Source: Flavobacteriaceae bacterium
GTDB lineage: Bacteria; Bacteroidota; Bacteroidia; Flavobacteriales; Flavobacteriaceae
DNA: 64,000 nt
Assembly (NCBI GenBank): GCA_020346245.1
Contig: CP070778.1
Location: forward strand, 2,250,070 to 2,314,069
Reading direction: 5' to 3'
Of this stretch, positions 29,264 to 38,098 are shown piece after piece (position 1 is the stretch's first letter; the number at the start of each line of letters is the position of its first letter). Below the pieces are notes generated by a model. It had not been told where the DNA came from and ran no database searches. It saw only the letters and a list, made by a program, of their open reading frames with translations. Both the position numbers and the translations under genes were made by a program.

Positions 29264-30498
29264 TCTGATCTTTTCATTAACGGCATTGCATCCAATAAGT
29301 TATCCGGTGTAAAAACAGGCGATACTTTTTCGGAGAAATCAATAATATCCATAAACATACTGCGCAAAAGTATAATCGTTTCAGGTGTTCTGTTCACAAC
29401 ATATGAAAACAATTTCACAGGTCGGTATGGCACATCACCTATCCCATCCTTATCTAAATCATATCCCGTATAATTGCTCCAATAATTTTTTTCAAATACA
29501 TTATCGTTCAATTTACTATTATATGAAATATCAAAAGAGTTGTAGAGGAAATTATTATTGATAAATGAATTTGTATAACAGGCTCCTAATACTTTCACTG
29601 CCCACCCATTACTAATAAAGTTATTGTTTTTATATACAATACGGTTTGAACCTTCGATATTGATGCCAATAGTATTTTCCTCAAAAGTATTGCCAATTAT
29701 CTCCGCATCGTTGATCTCCTTGAGCAACATACCAAAAGCAGCCGTACCCCAGTTCCTTTTGAATATATTTCGCTCCATTTTGATGCCTTTGGAAAACATC
29801 ACAGCCACACCTGCACCATTGTTCTCAAAGGTATTACCCGTATATACATCATCATTCGAAAACATAAAATGAAGGCCATACCTAAGGTTGTTTGTGCTGA
29901 TGTTGTTATTTATGGCAATATTATCAGAAAACTCCAGATAAATACCATCACGAACACCTTGCACTATATTTCGGTCTACCTGAACATGGTGGGAATACCA
30001 TAATTGAATACCGTTGCCAGAATTATATTCATCCAATGCATCACCAATAATCTTATTGTGATACACTTTACCGTTGTTCGATCTTTCCAGATATATCCCG
30101 AAAAATAGCTTCTCTAAAACAACGTTTTGTATCAGAAAGTTTTCACTTTTAACCACCCGAATGGCGGCGTAATCTGTGGTGTAACTGGTACCAACGTTTA
30201 TAATATATAGCCCATCAACAGTTACATTGTCAGAAACAACACGAATGATTTCACCACGATCTTCTCCGTCAATTATCGGGCAGTTTTCACCTATCAGGGT
30301 TAAAGGTTTGTCAACAACTATATTGAATTCTCTGTACGTACCTTTTTTTATTAGAAGAGTATCAAAATCGGTTGCAAGAGCAATTCCTTCTTTTATTGAT
30401 TTCACTTCACAGCTAGCGCATACCTCAATGGTTTTAGCCCAAAGGGAAGTTCCCATAAAAAAAATAAAAAATAATAAATGCAGCTGATATTTGTACAT
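29260..30498 (-). CDS. nosD: Nitrous oxide reductase maturation protein NosD
   Basis: Signal peptide, beta-helix repeats, RDGIYLE, RYGLHFM and NYWSNY.GYDLDKDGIGDVPY. Confidence 0.95.
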   Translation of the reverse strand: MYKYQLHLLFFIFFMGTSLWAKTIEVCASCEVKSIKEGIALATDFDTLLIKKGTYREFNIVVDKPLTLIGENCPIIDGEDRGEIIRVVSDNVTVDGLYIINVGTSYTTDYAAIRVVKSENFLIQNVVLEKLFFGIYLERSNNGKVYHNKIIGDALDEYNSGNGIQLWYSHHVQVDRNIVQGVRDGIYLEFSDNIAINNNISTNNLRYGLHFMFSNDDVYTGNTFENNGAGVAVMFSKGIKMERNIFKRNWGTAAFGMLLKEINDAEIIGNTFEENTIGINIEGSNRIVYKNNNFISNGWAVKVLGACYTNSFINNNFLYNSFDISYNSKLNDNVFEKNYWSNYTGYDLDKDGIGDVPYRPVKLFSYVVNRTPETIILLRSMFMDIIDFSEKVSPVFTPDNLLDAMPLMKRSE

Positions 30499-30794
30499 TA
30501 TCGTATTATCAAAAATTTGGAATTCTCATTGGCTATTACGAAATGTGGTTTAGCCTTTGGGAAATTAAAATTTTGTTGTTTTTTTAGTTGGTATGAATCT
30601 CCATTTATATGAAAAATAATATTACCCTCCAACACAATCAATTGTGCATCTCTGGGGGAACTGTGTTCTGGAAATGTTGTTCCCTTTTCCAAACTAATAC
30701 TGAGAATCTCCAAAGCATCGGTTTTTACTATTTTATTTATTTGCAGCTTATCAAAGGGTTGATCCGCTATTTGACTGCCTGTAGTATATATCAT
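30498..30794 (-). CDS. Small cupin-domain protein within the nos operon
   Basis: LEKG..FPEH, LIVLEG and PKAKPH cupin motifs; stop overlaps the nosD ATG by 1 nt. Confidence 0.8.
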   Translation of the reverse strand: MIYTTGSQIADQPFDKLQINKIVKTDALEILSISLEKGTTFPEHSSPRDAQLIVLEGNIIFHINGDSYQLKKQQNFNFPKAKPHFVIANENSKFLIIR

Positions 30795-30877
30795 GTAATT
30801 TTTTTAAAAAAATTAATGGTTAACAGAATTTAACGGGCATAAGATAACCGCATACCATTAACCATTAAAATTAAATA

Positions 30878-31318
30878 TTATAATTGTACTTTAAATCTGG
30901 TCAATAACTCGTGCCAGGAGTACAATTTCCCATTATTCTTATCTATAATATGCTCGGCTTCAATTCTGGATTTAAATGCTGACAAGTATTCGCCCATAGG
31001 ACTGGGAATTTCCTTACTTATTAAAAAAGTAGCTATTTTGGCATCAATTAACTCGCCAGGCGTCTGGTAATCATTAACTAAAAAAAGTTCAATGGTTACC
31101 ACATCAACGTCCTTTAAATGGTTCACCATACATTCCACCGCATCAAATTTAAAAGCCTTACCTTTTTTTGTTACTATTTGAGCCGCATGTTGTTTATCCA
31201 CAATGGTCATCGAACAAAAATGACATCCGTCAGAACCATAGTTAATTGGTTTAGGATTTACCTCACATGACGCAAATACAAAAAGAACTAAGCTTAGATA
31301 AATTAATTTATTTATCAT
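30878..31318 (-). CDS. nosL: Copper chaperone lipoprotein NosL
   Basis: Lipobox FASC; CHFCSMTI, FDAVECM and SPMG motifs. Confidence 0.92.
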   Translation of the reverse strand: MINKLIYLSLVLFVFASCEVNPKPINYGSDGCHFCSMTIVDKQHAAQIVTKKGKAFKFDAVECMVNHLKDVDVVTIELFLVNDYQTPGELIDAKIATFLISKEIPSPMGEYLSAFKSRIEAEHIIDKNNGKLYSWHELLTRFKVQL

Positions 31319-31967
31319 TTGTTTTTACTTTAATCGGTCTCACCGCACTGGCCATGTTTTTGGGATGCCATGCTTTTTTGCCAACAAAAAATGCTATAAT
31401 AGTCATCATCATACCAACAAACATCAACCACGCACCAGTAGATGGTAAAGAGGTTACGTCAAAATTAAGCATTTTTACATGGCCAAAAAGTGGTGGTTTG
31501 TAGCTCACAGGAGTTCCATCCGCATTGGTAAGTTTCATTATAGCATTTGGATCTAAATTGGTGCCGTAATCTACCATCCACGCATTAAAATCATACATGC
31601 CCAGTACTCCCAATATACTCATGAATATGAACCACCCCATGAACCATTTGTAGCTAACTTTTTCAAAAAATCCGAGCAGGCCAATCAATATACCCAGGGT
31701 TACCATTCCTCCAATGACCCATGGAAAGGTACTAAACTCCCACATGTCCTCAGGTTTTGGCAGTGTCCGCATCCCGATATAATGATTAAGGCCATCAATG
31801 TTCTGAATATCAAATTCGCTAACTCCCTTAATACCATCAATATAAATGTTCATCCCCAAAGGTTCAGGGTATTGTGGTGCTCCCAACATAATGTTCCATA
31901 GCGGGAAAACGTACAATCCCAAAAGAAACAAAGGACCAATGATCATTAGGATACTTGCTTTTTTCAT
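31308..31967 (-). CDS. nosB: NosB-like membrane protein of clade II nos clusters
   Basis: APQYPE, LNHYIGM, YG..LDP.A and Y.PPLFG...LNF motifs; directly downstream of nosZ. Confidence 0.8.
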   Translation of the reverse strand: MKKASILMIIGPLFLLGLYVFPLWNIMLGAPQYPEPLGMNIYIDGIKGVSEFDIQNIDGLNHYIGMRTLPKPEDMWEFSTFPWVIGGMVTLGILIGLLGFFEKVSYKWFMGWFIFMSILGVLGMYDFNAWMVDYGTNLDPNAIMKLTNADGTPVSYKPPLFGHVKMLNFDVTSLPSTGAWLMFVGMMMTIIAFFVGKKAWHPKNMASAVRPIKVKTNDK

Positions 31968-32028
31968 TATCTCTATTTTATGATCGTTTACAAATCAAAA
32001 TTAAATTTGAAAGGATACTTTAATTTGA

Positions 32029-32069
32029 AAATAAAGCGGGTAGGTCTAAGACACAGCCCGCTTTTATTT
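32029..32069 (-). terminator. Terminator-like hairpin between nosZ and nosB
   Basis: AAAGCGGG...CCCGCTTT stem followed by TTTATTTT on the minus strand. Confidence 0.6.
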
Positions 32070-32098
32070 GTGAACTAAAATAATCTCCCTGCGTATTT

Positions 32099-34051
32099 TT
32101 ATTCGCCTAAAGACCAGGAAAGGTCAATATTTGAATTCGCAGGAGACACTCTAATATAACCCTGCATCTCCTGGTGTAGGGCAGAACAGAAATCTGTACA
32201 ATAGAATGGCCATACACCAACCTTTTTAGGTTCCCATAAAGAAGTCTTGGTTTGCCCTGGCATTACCAGAATTTCGGAAGTCCCCTGACCAATGATAGTG
32301 AAGCCGTGTGGTACGTCAAAATCTTGCTCAAGGTTTGTGATATGGAAATACACCTTATCACCAACTTTGATGCCCTCAATATTGTCAGGTGTAAAATGAC
32401 TTCGGATGGTAGACATATATATGTGTACTTCATTCCCATCGCGTTCTACACGTGCATCATCAGGACCTATAGCAGCATATTTATGCTTGTTTTCATCCAA
32501 TCGATAGATTTTTCGAGAATTTGACGCTAATAGATCTGCTGGACATCCCGCAGCATAATGAGGTTCACCGTGGGTTGGAAAATCATAGATCAATTCCATT
32601 TTTTCTCCTGAAATATCATAAATCTGCGCAGAGTGTTCCATTTCGGGACCAGTAGGAAGGTACCGGTCTTTGGTAATCTTGTTCATCGCTACCACATACT
32701 TCCCGAATGGCTTCCTGGAGTTTCCTCCCGGGATCATCAAATGCCCTACGGAATAATATGTCGGCTTTCTGTCAACAACCTCCCAGGTTCCTACTTTCCA
32801 TTTAACAACTTCTGAAGAAATAAAGAAGGTGGTGTAAGCATTACCTTTATCATCGAATTCGGTATGAAGTGGACCTAAGCCTCCACTTTTAACGGTACCT
32901 GCCAAAACCTCCTCGAATTTTAGAATAGGAATCCCATACGCTTCTCCATCAAATTTTTCACCTTCAATTGCAGCCAGCATTTTGTCAAATGAATGCACGG
33001 TAATGTCTGCAGAGAGTTTTCCGCTTCCAATTATATATTCACCGGTTGGATCTACATCACAGCCGTGGGGCGATTTAGGAGTGGGTAGGAAGTACAAAGA
33101 TCCCGGTACTTTGGTTGGATCTACCGTAACAACCTCTTTTATCATAGTAGAAGTTCCGGTGTGGGTTTCTTCGTCATAGACATTGTGCGCATAGTTAGCA
33201 GGCATTTTCGTTCCGCCACCATTTTTTACGTACTCCTCTATTTTCTTCCAGTTTACAGCAGCAATAAAATCCTTGTCGTTTTGCGATGCCATAACCTCTA
33301 GCAAAGAACTGGCTTCTTCGGTATTATATGTTGAAAAGAAGAACCATCCATGAGATTTTCCTCTGCCAGGATGCGAAAGGTCATAATTGAAACCTGGCAT
33401 TAATACCTGAAATTCCAGATTTAATCGCCCATTGTCCGGAGCTACACTTATAAAAGACAAAGCACCTTTAAAATTTCCCTTGTATTCATTAATGGGCATA
33501 TCGCGTTGAGGTACAGGTACGGAAAATCTGGTACCTGCTACTACATACTCCGTGTTTTCTGTAATAAATGACGAACTGTGGTTACCTGCACTGTTAGGAA
33601 CCTCAATAATCTCTTCAGTCTCAAATGTACTCAAACTTACCCGTGCTATGCGAGGAGTATTGTTACCGTTCACAAAAATCCATCGACCATCCAATTCACC
33701 ATTGGTTTGTGAAATATCCGGGTGGTGTAAATCATCCCAGGGAACAAATCCAAAGGAAGTATTCAACATCGGTTTGGTTTCTTCCGAGTAGCCATAACCA
33801 GATGTAGGGAATTGTGAGAATACAGGGATTTCCTTGAACATACGTCCTGATGGTAGCCCATATACAGTAAGGTTTCCGCTATACCCTCCAGACAGGAAAG
33901 CATAATACTCGTCTTGTTCACCAGGGGCTACATAAACTTTTTCTGCAGCACTTGATGCCAAGGCACCATTAGTTTTTTGGGATTGATTGCAACTACTCAA
34001 GGTAATTCCTAACCCAAAAAGAATACAAATTAAATAATTTAAAGTTTTCAT
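32099..34051 (-). CDS. nosZ: Clade II (Sec-dependent, lipoprotein-type signal) nitrous oxide reductase
   Basis: CuZ His motifs DLHH, GNH, PHG, GPLH and EPH; CuA motif DVPHGF...FYCTDFCSALHQEM; no twin-arginine, N-terminal LSSC. Confidence 0.97.
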   Translation of the reverse strand: MKTLNYLICILFGLGITLSSCNQSQKTNGALASSAAEKVYVAPGEQDEYYAFLSGGYSGNLTVYGLPSGRMFKEIPVFSQFPTSGYGYSEETKPMLNTSFGFVPWDDLHHPDISQTNGELDGRWIFVNGNNTPRIARVSLSTFETEEIIEVPNSAGNHSSSFITENTEYVVAGTRFSVPVPQRDMPINEYKGNFKGALSFISVAPDNGRLNLEFQVLMPGFNYDLSHPGRGKSHGWFFFSTYNTEEASSLLEVMASQNDKDFIAAVNWKKIEEYVKNGGGTKMPANYAHNVYDEETHTGTSTMIKEVVTVDPTKVPGSLYFLPTPKSPHGCDVDPTGEYIIGSGKLSADITVHSFDKMLAAIEGEKFDGEAYGIPILKFEEVLAGTVKSGGLGPLHTEFDDKGNAYTTFFISSEVVKWKVGTWEVVDRKPTYYSVGHLMIPGGNSRKPFGKYVVAMNKITKDRYLPTGPEMEHSAQIYDISGEKMELIYDFPTHGEPHYAAGCPADLLASNSRKIYRLDENKHKYAAIGPDDARVERDGNEVHIYMSTIRSHFTPDNIEGIKVGDKVYFHITNLEQDFDVPHGFTIIGQGTSEILVMPGQTKTSLWEPKKVGVWPFYCTDFCSALHQEMQGYIRVSPANSNIDLSWSLGE

Positions 34052-34085
34052 TGTTTTATTTTTAGTTTTAATTGATTAATGTTTT

Positions 34086-34661
34086 CTATTCTTCTGGTGG
34101 CAATATTACCTTGTCTACCACGTGGACAATTCCATTCCCTGCTTTTACACTTCCCAGAATTTTAGCCCCTCCAACTAAAACATCATCCCCTTCAACAACA
34201 ATCATTACATCTTGATCATTAGCCTGTCCCAATTTTTTAAACTTCTTTAAAAAATCTTTGGAATAATTTCCAGGAGTAACATGATATTTTAAGATATTGG
34301 CCAGGGCATCTTTATTTTCTGGCTTTAATAAATTGTCTACCGTTCCTTCAGGAAGTGCGTCAAAAGCTGCGTTTGTCGGTGCAAATACCATTAGAGGACC
34401 GGCGTTTACGAGTGCGTTTTCCAGGTCAGCCGCTTGTACGGCTGCAACAAGTGTTGTATGATCCGGTGAACCAATAGCAATCTGTAATACATTAGGTGTT
34501 GATCCGTCATCCTCTATAAAGGCCTGACCTGATTCTTTTGATAACTGCTCAGGCTGGGTTGAGGTAGAAGTCTTAGTTTTGGCCTCATTTTTACAACCGA
34601 CCAACAAAGCCAGTACAAAAAATGATCCTACAATAAGTCTTAATTTAGTTCTTGTTTTCAT
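34086..34661 (-). CDS. Fasciclin (FAS1) domain lipoprotein
   Basis: TLVAAV, VFAPTNAAF, ILKYHV and NGIVHVVDKVILP motifs; lipobox LVGC; ATG at 34661 avoids overlap with the upstream gene. Confidence 0.9.
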   Translation of the reverse strand: MKTRTKLRLIVGSFFVLALLVGCKNEAKTKTSTSTQPEQLSKESGQAFIEDDGSTPNVLQIAIGSPDHTTLVAAVQAADLENALVNAGPLMVFAPTNAAFDALPEGTVDNLLKPENKDALANILKYHVTPGNYSKDFLKKFKKLGQANDQDVMIVVEGDDVLVGGAKILGSVKAGNGIVHVVDKVILPPEE

Positions 34662-34677
34662 ATGATTGTTTATTATG

Positions 34678-35184
34678 TTATAAGGTTCTAAAATATTCCA
34701 GGACAGCCCTTGCCTGTTCTTCGGTAAGACCCTGATTCGCCATTGGAGAACCATTGAACTCTACCAGCAAATCTTTGGCCAAGGGGTCTTCTTTAACCAT
34801 TTGTTCGGGATTAAGAATCATATTCATGACCCATTCCGGCGTACGTCTTTCAAGAATCCCATCAGGGGCCGGGCCAATAAATTTTTTGCCAATTCTATGA
34901 CATGCGAGACACATTTGGTCGTATACTTCTTTTCCTGTTGCAGCCATGGCCTGATCTATTTCCGAGCTCAAGGTTACTGATGTTACAGGGCCAACTCCCT
35001 TATTGTTCAGATCTACACGTTCTGATGCCTTGGTAACTTCAGTATCAGGAGTCGTTGCAGGTTTCTCCGTTTCTGTTTTTTGTCTGGTGACACTAAAACC
35101 GTCTTTTTTCTTTTCTTCTTTTCCCCCACAGCTCATCAATATTAGAGCAAGCAGGAATACGGCAGTTTTAATTAGTTGTTTCAT
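34678..35184 (-). CDS. Monoheme cytochrome c lipoprotein of the nos cluster
   Basis: Lipobox LMSC; CLACH, IGPA and MANQGL motifs; first gene of the nos transcript. Confidence 0.9.
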   Translation of the reverse strand: MKQLIKTAVFLLALILMSCGGKEEKKKDGFSVTRQKTETEKPATTPDTEVTKASERVDLNNKGVGPVTSVTLSSEIDQAMAATGKEVYDQMCLACHRIGKKFIGPAPDGILERRTPEWVMNMILNPEQMVKEDPLAKDLLVEFNGSPMANQGLTEEQARAVLEYFRTL

Positions 35185-35240
35185 TCGATTGTTTTTGTTA
35201 ATTATTGGTCAAAAATAAGTTTGGAAGCACACAAAAAACA

Positions 35241-35252
35241 TGATATTAATCA
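35241..35252 (-). promoter_or_regulatory. Fnr-like box upstream of the nos operon
   Basis: TGATTAATATCA, 23 nt upstream of a perfect TATTTTTG (35217-35210). Confidence 0.78.
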
Positions 35253-35257
35253 TATTT

Positions 35258-35281
35258 AGGATAAAAATATCTTTTTATCCT
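35258..35281. promoter_or_regulatory. Candidate Rrf2 operator (10-4-10 inverted repeat)
   Basis: AGGATAAAAA-TATC-TTTTTATCCT between the Rrf2 gene and the nos promoter. Confidence 0.55.
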
Positions 35282-35306
35282 TGTAATTAAATTTTATACA
35301 AAAAAT

Positions 35307-35738
35307 ATGCTTTCAAATTCATCCAAGTATGCCCTAAAAGCAGTATTGTATCTCACCCTGCATACAGATGAAAACAATAAAATGATGGCTAAGGATATCA
35401 GTGAAAAAATAAGTGTTCCAAAAGCATATATGGCCAAATTGTTACAAGGACTTGCCAAGCGTGAAATTATCTCATCCACCAAGGGACCTAAAGGAGGTTT
35501 TTACATCAATCCATCCAATAAAAACAGAACCATAATGGAAATTATTGAAGTTATTGATGGTAAAAAAAAGATGGAATCATGTATGATGGGATTAAAAGAC
35601 TGCAATGAACACAAACCATGTCCTATCCATAGTATAATAAATCCTTCAAGATCAAAAATGATTGCTCTTCTGGAAAGTAAAACTATAAATGACCTGGCTA
35701 AAGATTTAAAATTAAATAAGGTCTTTTTACCTTCCTGA
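35307..35738 (+). CDS. Rrf2 family regulator with three-Cys Fe-S motif
   Basis: YALKA, KGPKGGFY and C-x6-C-x5-C-x2-H (CMMGLKDCNEHKPCPIH). Confidence 0.93.
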   Translation: MLSNSSKYALKAVLYLTLHTDENNKMMAKDISEKISVPKAYMAKLLQGLAKREIISSTKGPKGGFYINPSNKNRTIMEIIEVIDGKKKMESCMMGLKDCNEHKPCPIHSIINPSRSKMIALLESKTINDLAKDLKLNKVFLPS

Positions 35739-35815
35739 TTAACTTCTTGGTGTAGTTCTTAAAAAAGTGTAATTTAAACTGCTTAAACCAGAATACATCA
35801 ACTATAAACTCCAAC

Positions 35816-37207
35816 ATGAGCAAGAACCAATCAAGAAGAATCTTTTTAAAGCGCGCTGGTTTGGGAGCCGCAGCAATTTCGACAGCACCACAAATTTTAG
35901 CTTCCTCCACTAATCAAAAACTACTACTAAACAGAACCTATCAAGAAAATACCTTTGCTATAAATGATCAGATAAATTTAGCATTAATCGGATCCGGTAT
36001 CCAGGGAATATACGACACCACTGCTGCATTAAAAGTTCAGGGTGTTAAGCTTGTAGCTGCCTGTGACCTTTACGTGGGCAGGTTAGACAGGGCAAAAGAA
36101 CTTTGGGGGGATGATATAGCAGTTACCAGAGATTATCGGGAGATACTTAATCGCAGCGATATTGATGCGGTTATTGTTGCCGTCCCGGATCACTGGCACA
36201 AAAAAATAACCATTGATGCCATGAAAGCAGGCAAAGCGGTATACTGTGAAAAGCCAATGGTACAAAAATTTGAAGAAGGTCATGAAATAATTAAGGTTCA
36301 AAAAGAAACCGGTGCTCTCTGCCAGGTGGGAAGTCAGGGGATGTCTTCTTTAGGAAATGAAAAAGCACGGCTACTTTATGAGGATGGAGCCATTGGTGAC
36401 CTGGTACTTCTTGACATGTATAATGACCGTTATTCTTCGGAAGGAGCCTGGCAGTATCCAATTCCACCGGATGCCAATCCGGATACTGTAGATTTTGACA
36501 CCTTTCTGGGGACTGCACCAAAAGTACCGTTTGAACCGACACGTTTTTTCCGATGGCGAAATTACAGGGATTATGGAACAGGGGTTGCAGGAGATCTGTT
36601 TGTTCATGCTTTTTCAACCTTGAATTATATCATCAGTTCCAATGGTCCTTCCCGGGCCATTTCTACAGGTGGCTTGCGTTACTGGAAAGATGGACGCGAT
36701 GTTCCGGATGTTACCTTAACTTATTATGATTATCCTGAAACTGAAACTCATGCCGCTTTTAATGCCTCATTCAGGGTAAATTTTATTGCAGGATCCGGTG
36801 GCGGTGGCGGTTTCAAACTGGTAGGAACAGAAGGAGTTATGGAGGTAGGTTACAATTCAGTAAAACTTGTTCGTTCTAAACTGGGAATGACCCCCGGTAA
36901 TTATTCCATGATTGCTTATACCGAAGCAACTCAGGAGAAAATAAAGCAAGAATACGCCTCAAAAAACATAGAAAACAGAGAATCTGCTATGAAGACAGGG
37001 GAAATACTCTGGGAGGCTCCCCGAGATTACAAAGGTGGCCACTATGACCATTTTTACAACTTCTTCCAGGCCATTCGTGGGAAAAACACCATAATCCAGG
37101 ACCCGAACTTTGGCCTTAGGGCAGCAGGAGCGGCTTTGCTTGCTAATGAAAGTTATTACAAAAATAAACCGGTTAACTGGGACCCTGTAGGAATGAAATT
37201 AACCTAA
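35816..37207 (+). CDS. Gfo/Idh/MocA oxidoreductase with Tat-like signal
   Basis: SRRIFLK, GSGIQG, PDHWH, YCEKP and QVGSQ motifs. Confidence 0.92.
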   Translation: MSKNQSRRIFLKRAGLGAAAISTAPQILASSTNQKLLLNRTYQENTFAINDQINLALIGSGIQGIYDTTAALKVQGVKLVAACDLYVGRLDRAKELWGDDIAVTRDYREILNRSDIDAVIVAVPDHWHKKITIDAMKAGKAVYCEKPMVQKFEEGHEIIKVQKETGALCQVGSQGMSSLGNEKARLLYEDGAIGDLVLLDMYNDRYSSEGAWQYPIPPDANPDTVDFDTFLGTAPKVPFEPTRFFRWRNYRDYGTGVAGDLFVHAFSTLNYIISSNGPSRAISTGGLRYWKDGRDVPDVTLTYYDYPETETHAAFNASFRVNFIAGSGGGGGFKLVGTEGVMEVGYNSVKLVRSKLGMTPGNYSMIAYTEATQEKIKQEYASKNIENRESAMKTGEILWEAPRDYKGGHYDHFYNFFQAIRGKNTIIQDPNFGLRAAGAALLANESYYKNKPVNWDPVGMKLT

Positions 37208-37217
37208 ACCGCGAATT

Positions 37218-38087
37218 ATGAAAAGTCTGTTTCTTACTTTTTTTTTATTATTCACTGCCTATTTATGTAATGCTCAAACCGGCCCTGTAAATGTTATTGT
37301 ATTTGGTGCCCACCCGGATGATTGCGATGCAGATGTTGGTGGGACAGCTATTTTACTGTCCAGGATGGGCCATAAGGTAAAATTTGTTTCACTTACGAAT
37401 GGGGATGCCGGGCATTACAACAAAGGTGGTGGTACATTGGCAAAAATCAGGATTGCCGAAGCCGAAGAAGCCGGAAAACGTTTTGGAGTAGAATATACAG
37501 TTTTGGATAATCACGACGGCGAACTAATGCCGACACTGGAAAACAGGTTAAAGGTAATCCGTGAGATCCGAAAATGGAATGCCGATGTAGTAATAGCCCC
37601 AAGGCCAAATGATTACCACCCGGATCATCGCTACACGGGTATCCTTGTTCAGGATGCAGCATATATGGTCATTGTACCAAATGTTGCGGCCGATACTCCC
37701 CCCTTAAAGAAGAATCCTGTTTTTTTGTATTCTGAAGATCGCTTTCAACGTCCAAACCCTTTTGAGCCAGATATTGTTGTAGCTATTGATTCTGTTTTTG
37801 ATCAGAAAATTTACGCCCTGGCGGCACATGAATCGCAATTTTTTGAATGGCTCCCCTGGACATCAGGAAATCTGGAAAAGGTTCCGAAAGGAGAAAAGGA
37901 ACGACTCCAAATGCTGGCTAACTGGAGATCAAATACCCCGAACAAAGCGGCAATGGAGGCTCTTAAAAAATGGTATGGTGATAAAGCCTCTGAAATAAAA
38001 CATGTAGAGAGTTTTGAAATTTGCGAGTACGGAAACCAACCTACAGATGAGGAATTAAGAAAGCTGTTCCCGATGCTCAAAAATTAA
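37218..38087 (+). CDS. PIG-L/LmbE family deacetylase with signal peptide
   Basis: AHPDD and HPDH zinc motifs; signal peptide ending CNA-Q. Confidence 0.9.
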   Translation: MKSLFLTFFLLFTAYLCNAQTGPVNVIVFGAHPDDCDADVGGTAILLSRMGHKVKFVSLTNGDAGHYNKGGGTLAKIRIAEAEEAGKRFGVEYTVLDNHDGELMPTLENRLKVIREIRKWNADVVIAPRPNDYHPDHRYTGILVQDAAYMVIVPNVAADTPPLKKNPVFLYSEDRFQRPNPFEPDIVVAIDSVFDQKIYALAAHESQFFEWLPWTSGNLEKVPKGEKERLQMLANWRSNTPNKAAMEALKKWYGDKASEIKHVESFEICEYGNQPTDEELRKLFPMLKN

Positions 38088-38098
38088 TATCAAAACAC

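Noticed and set aside
34662-34754. N-terminal extension of the fasciclin ORF overlapping the cytochrome c gene
   Set aside because: The ATG at 34661 gives a normal lipoprotein signal with no overlap.
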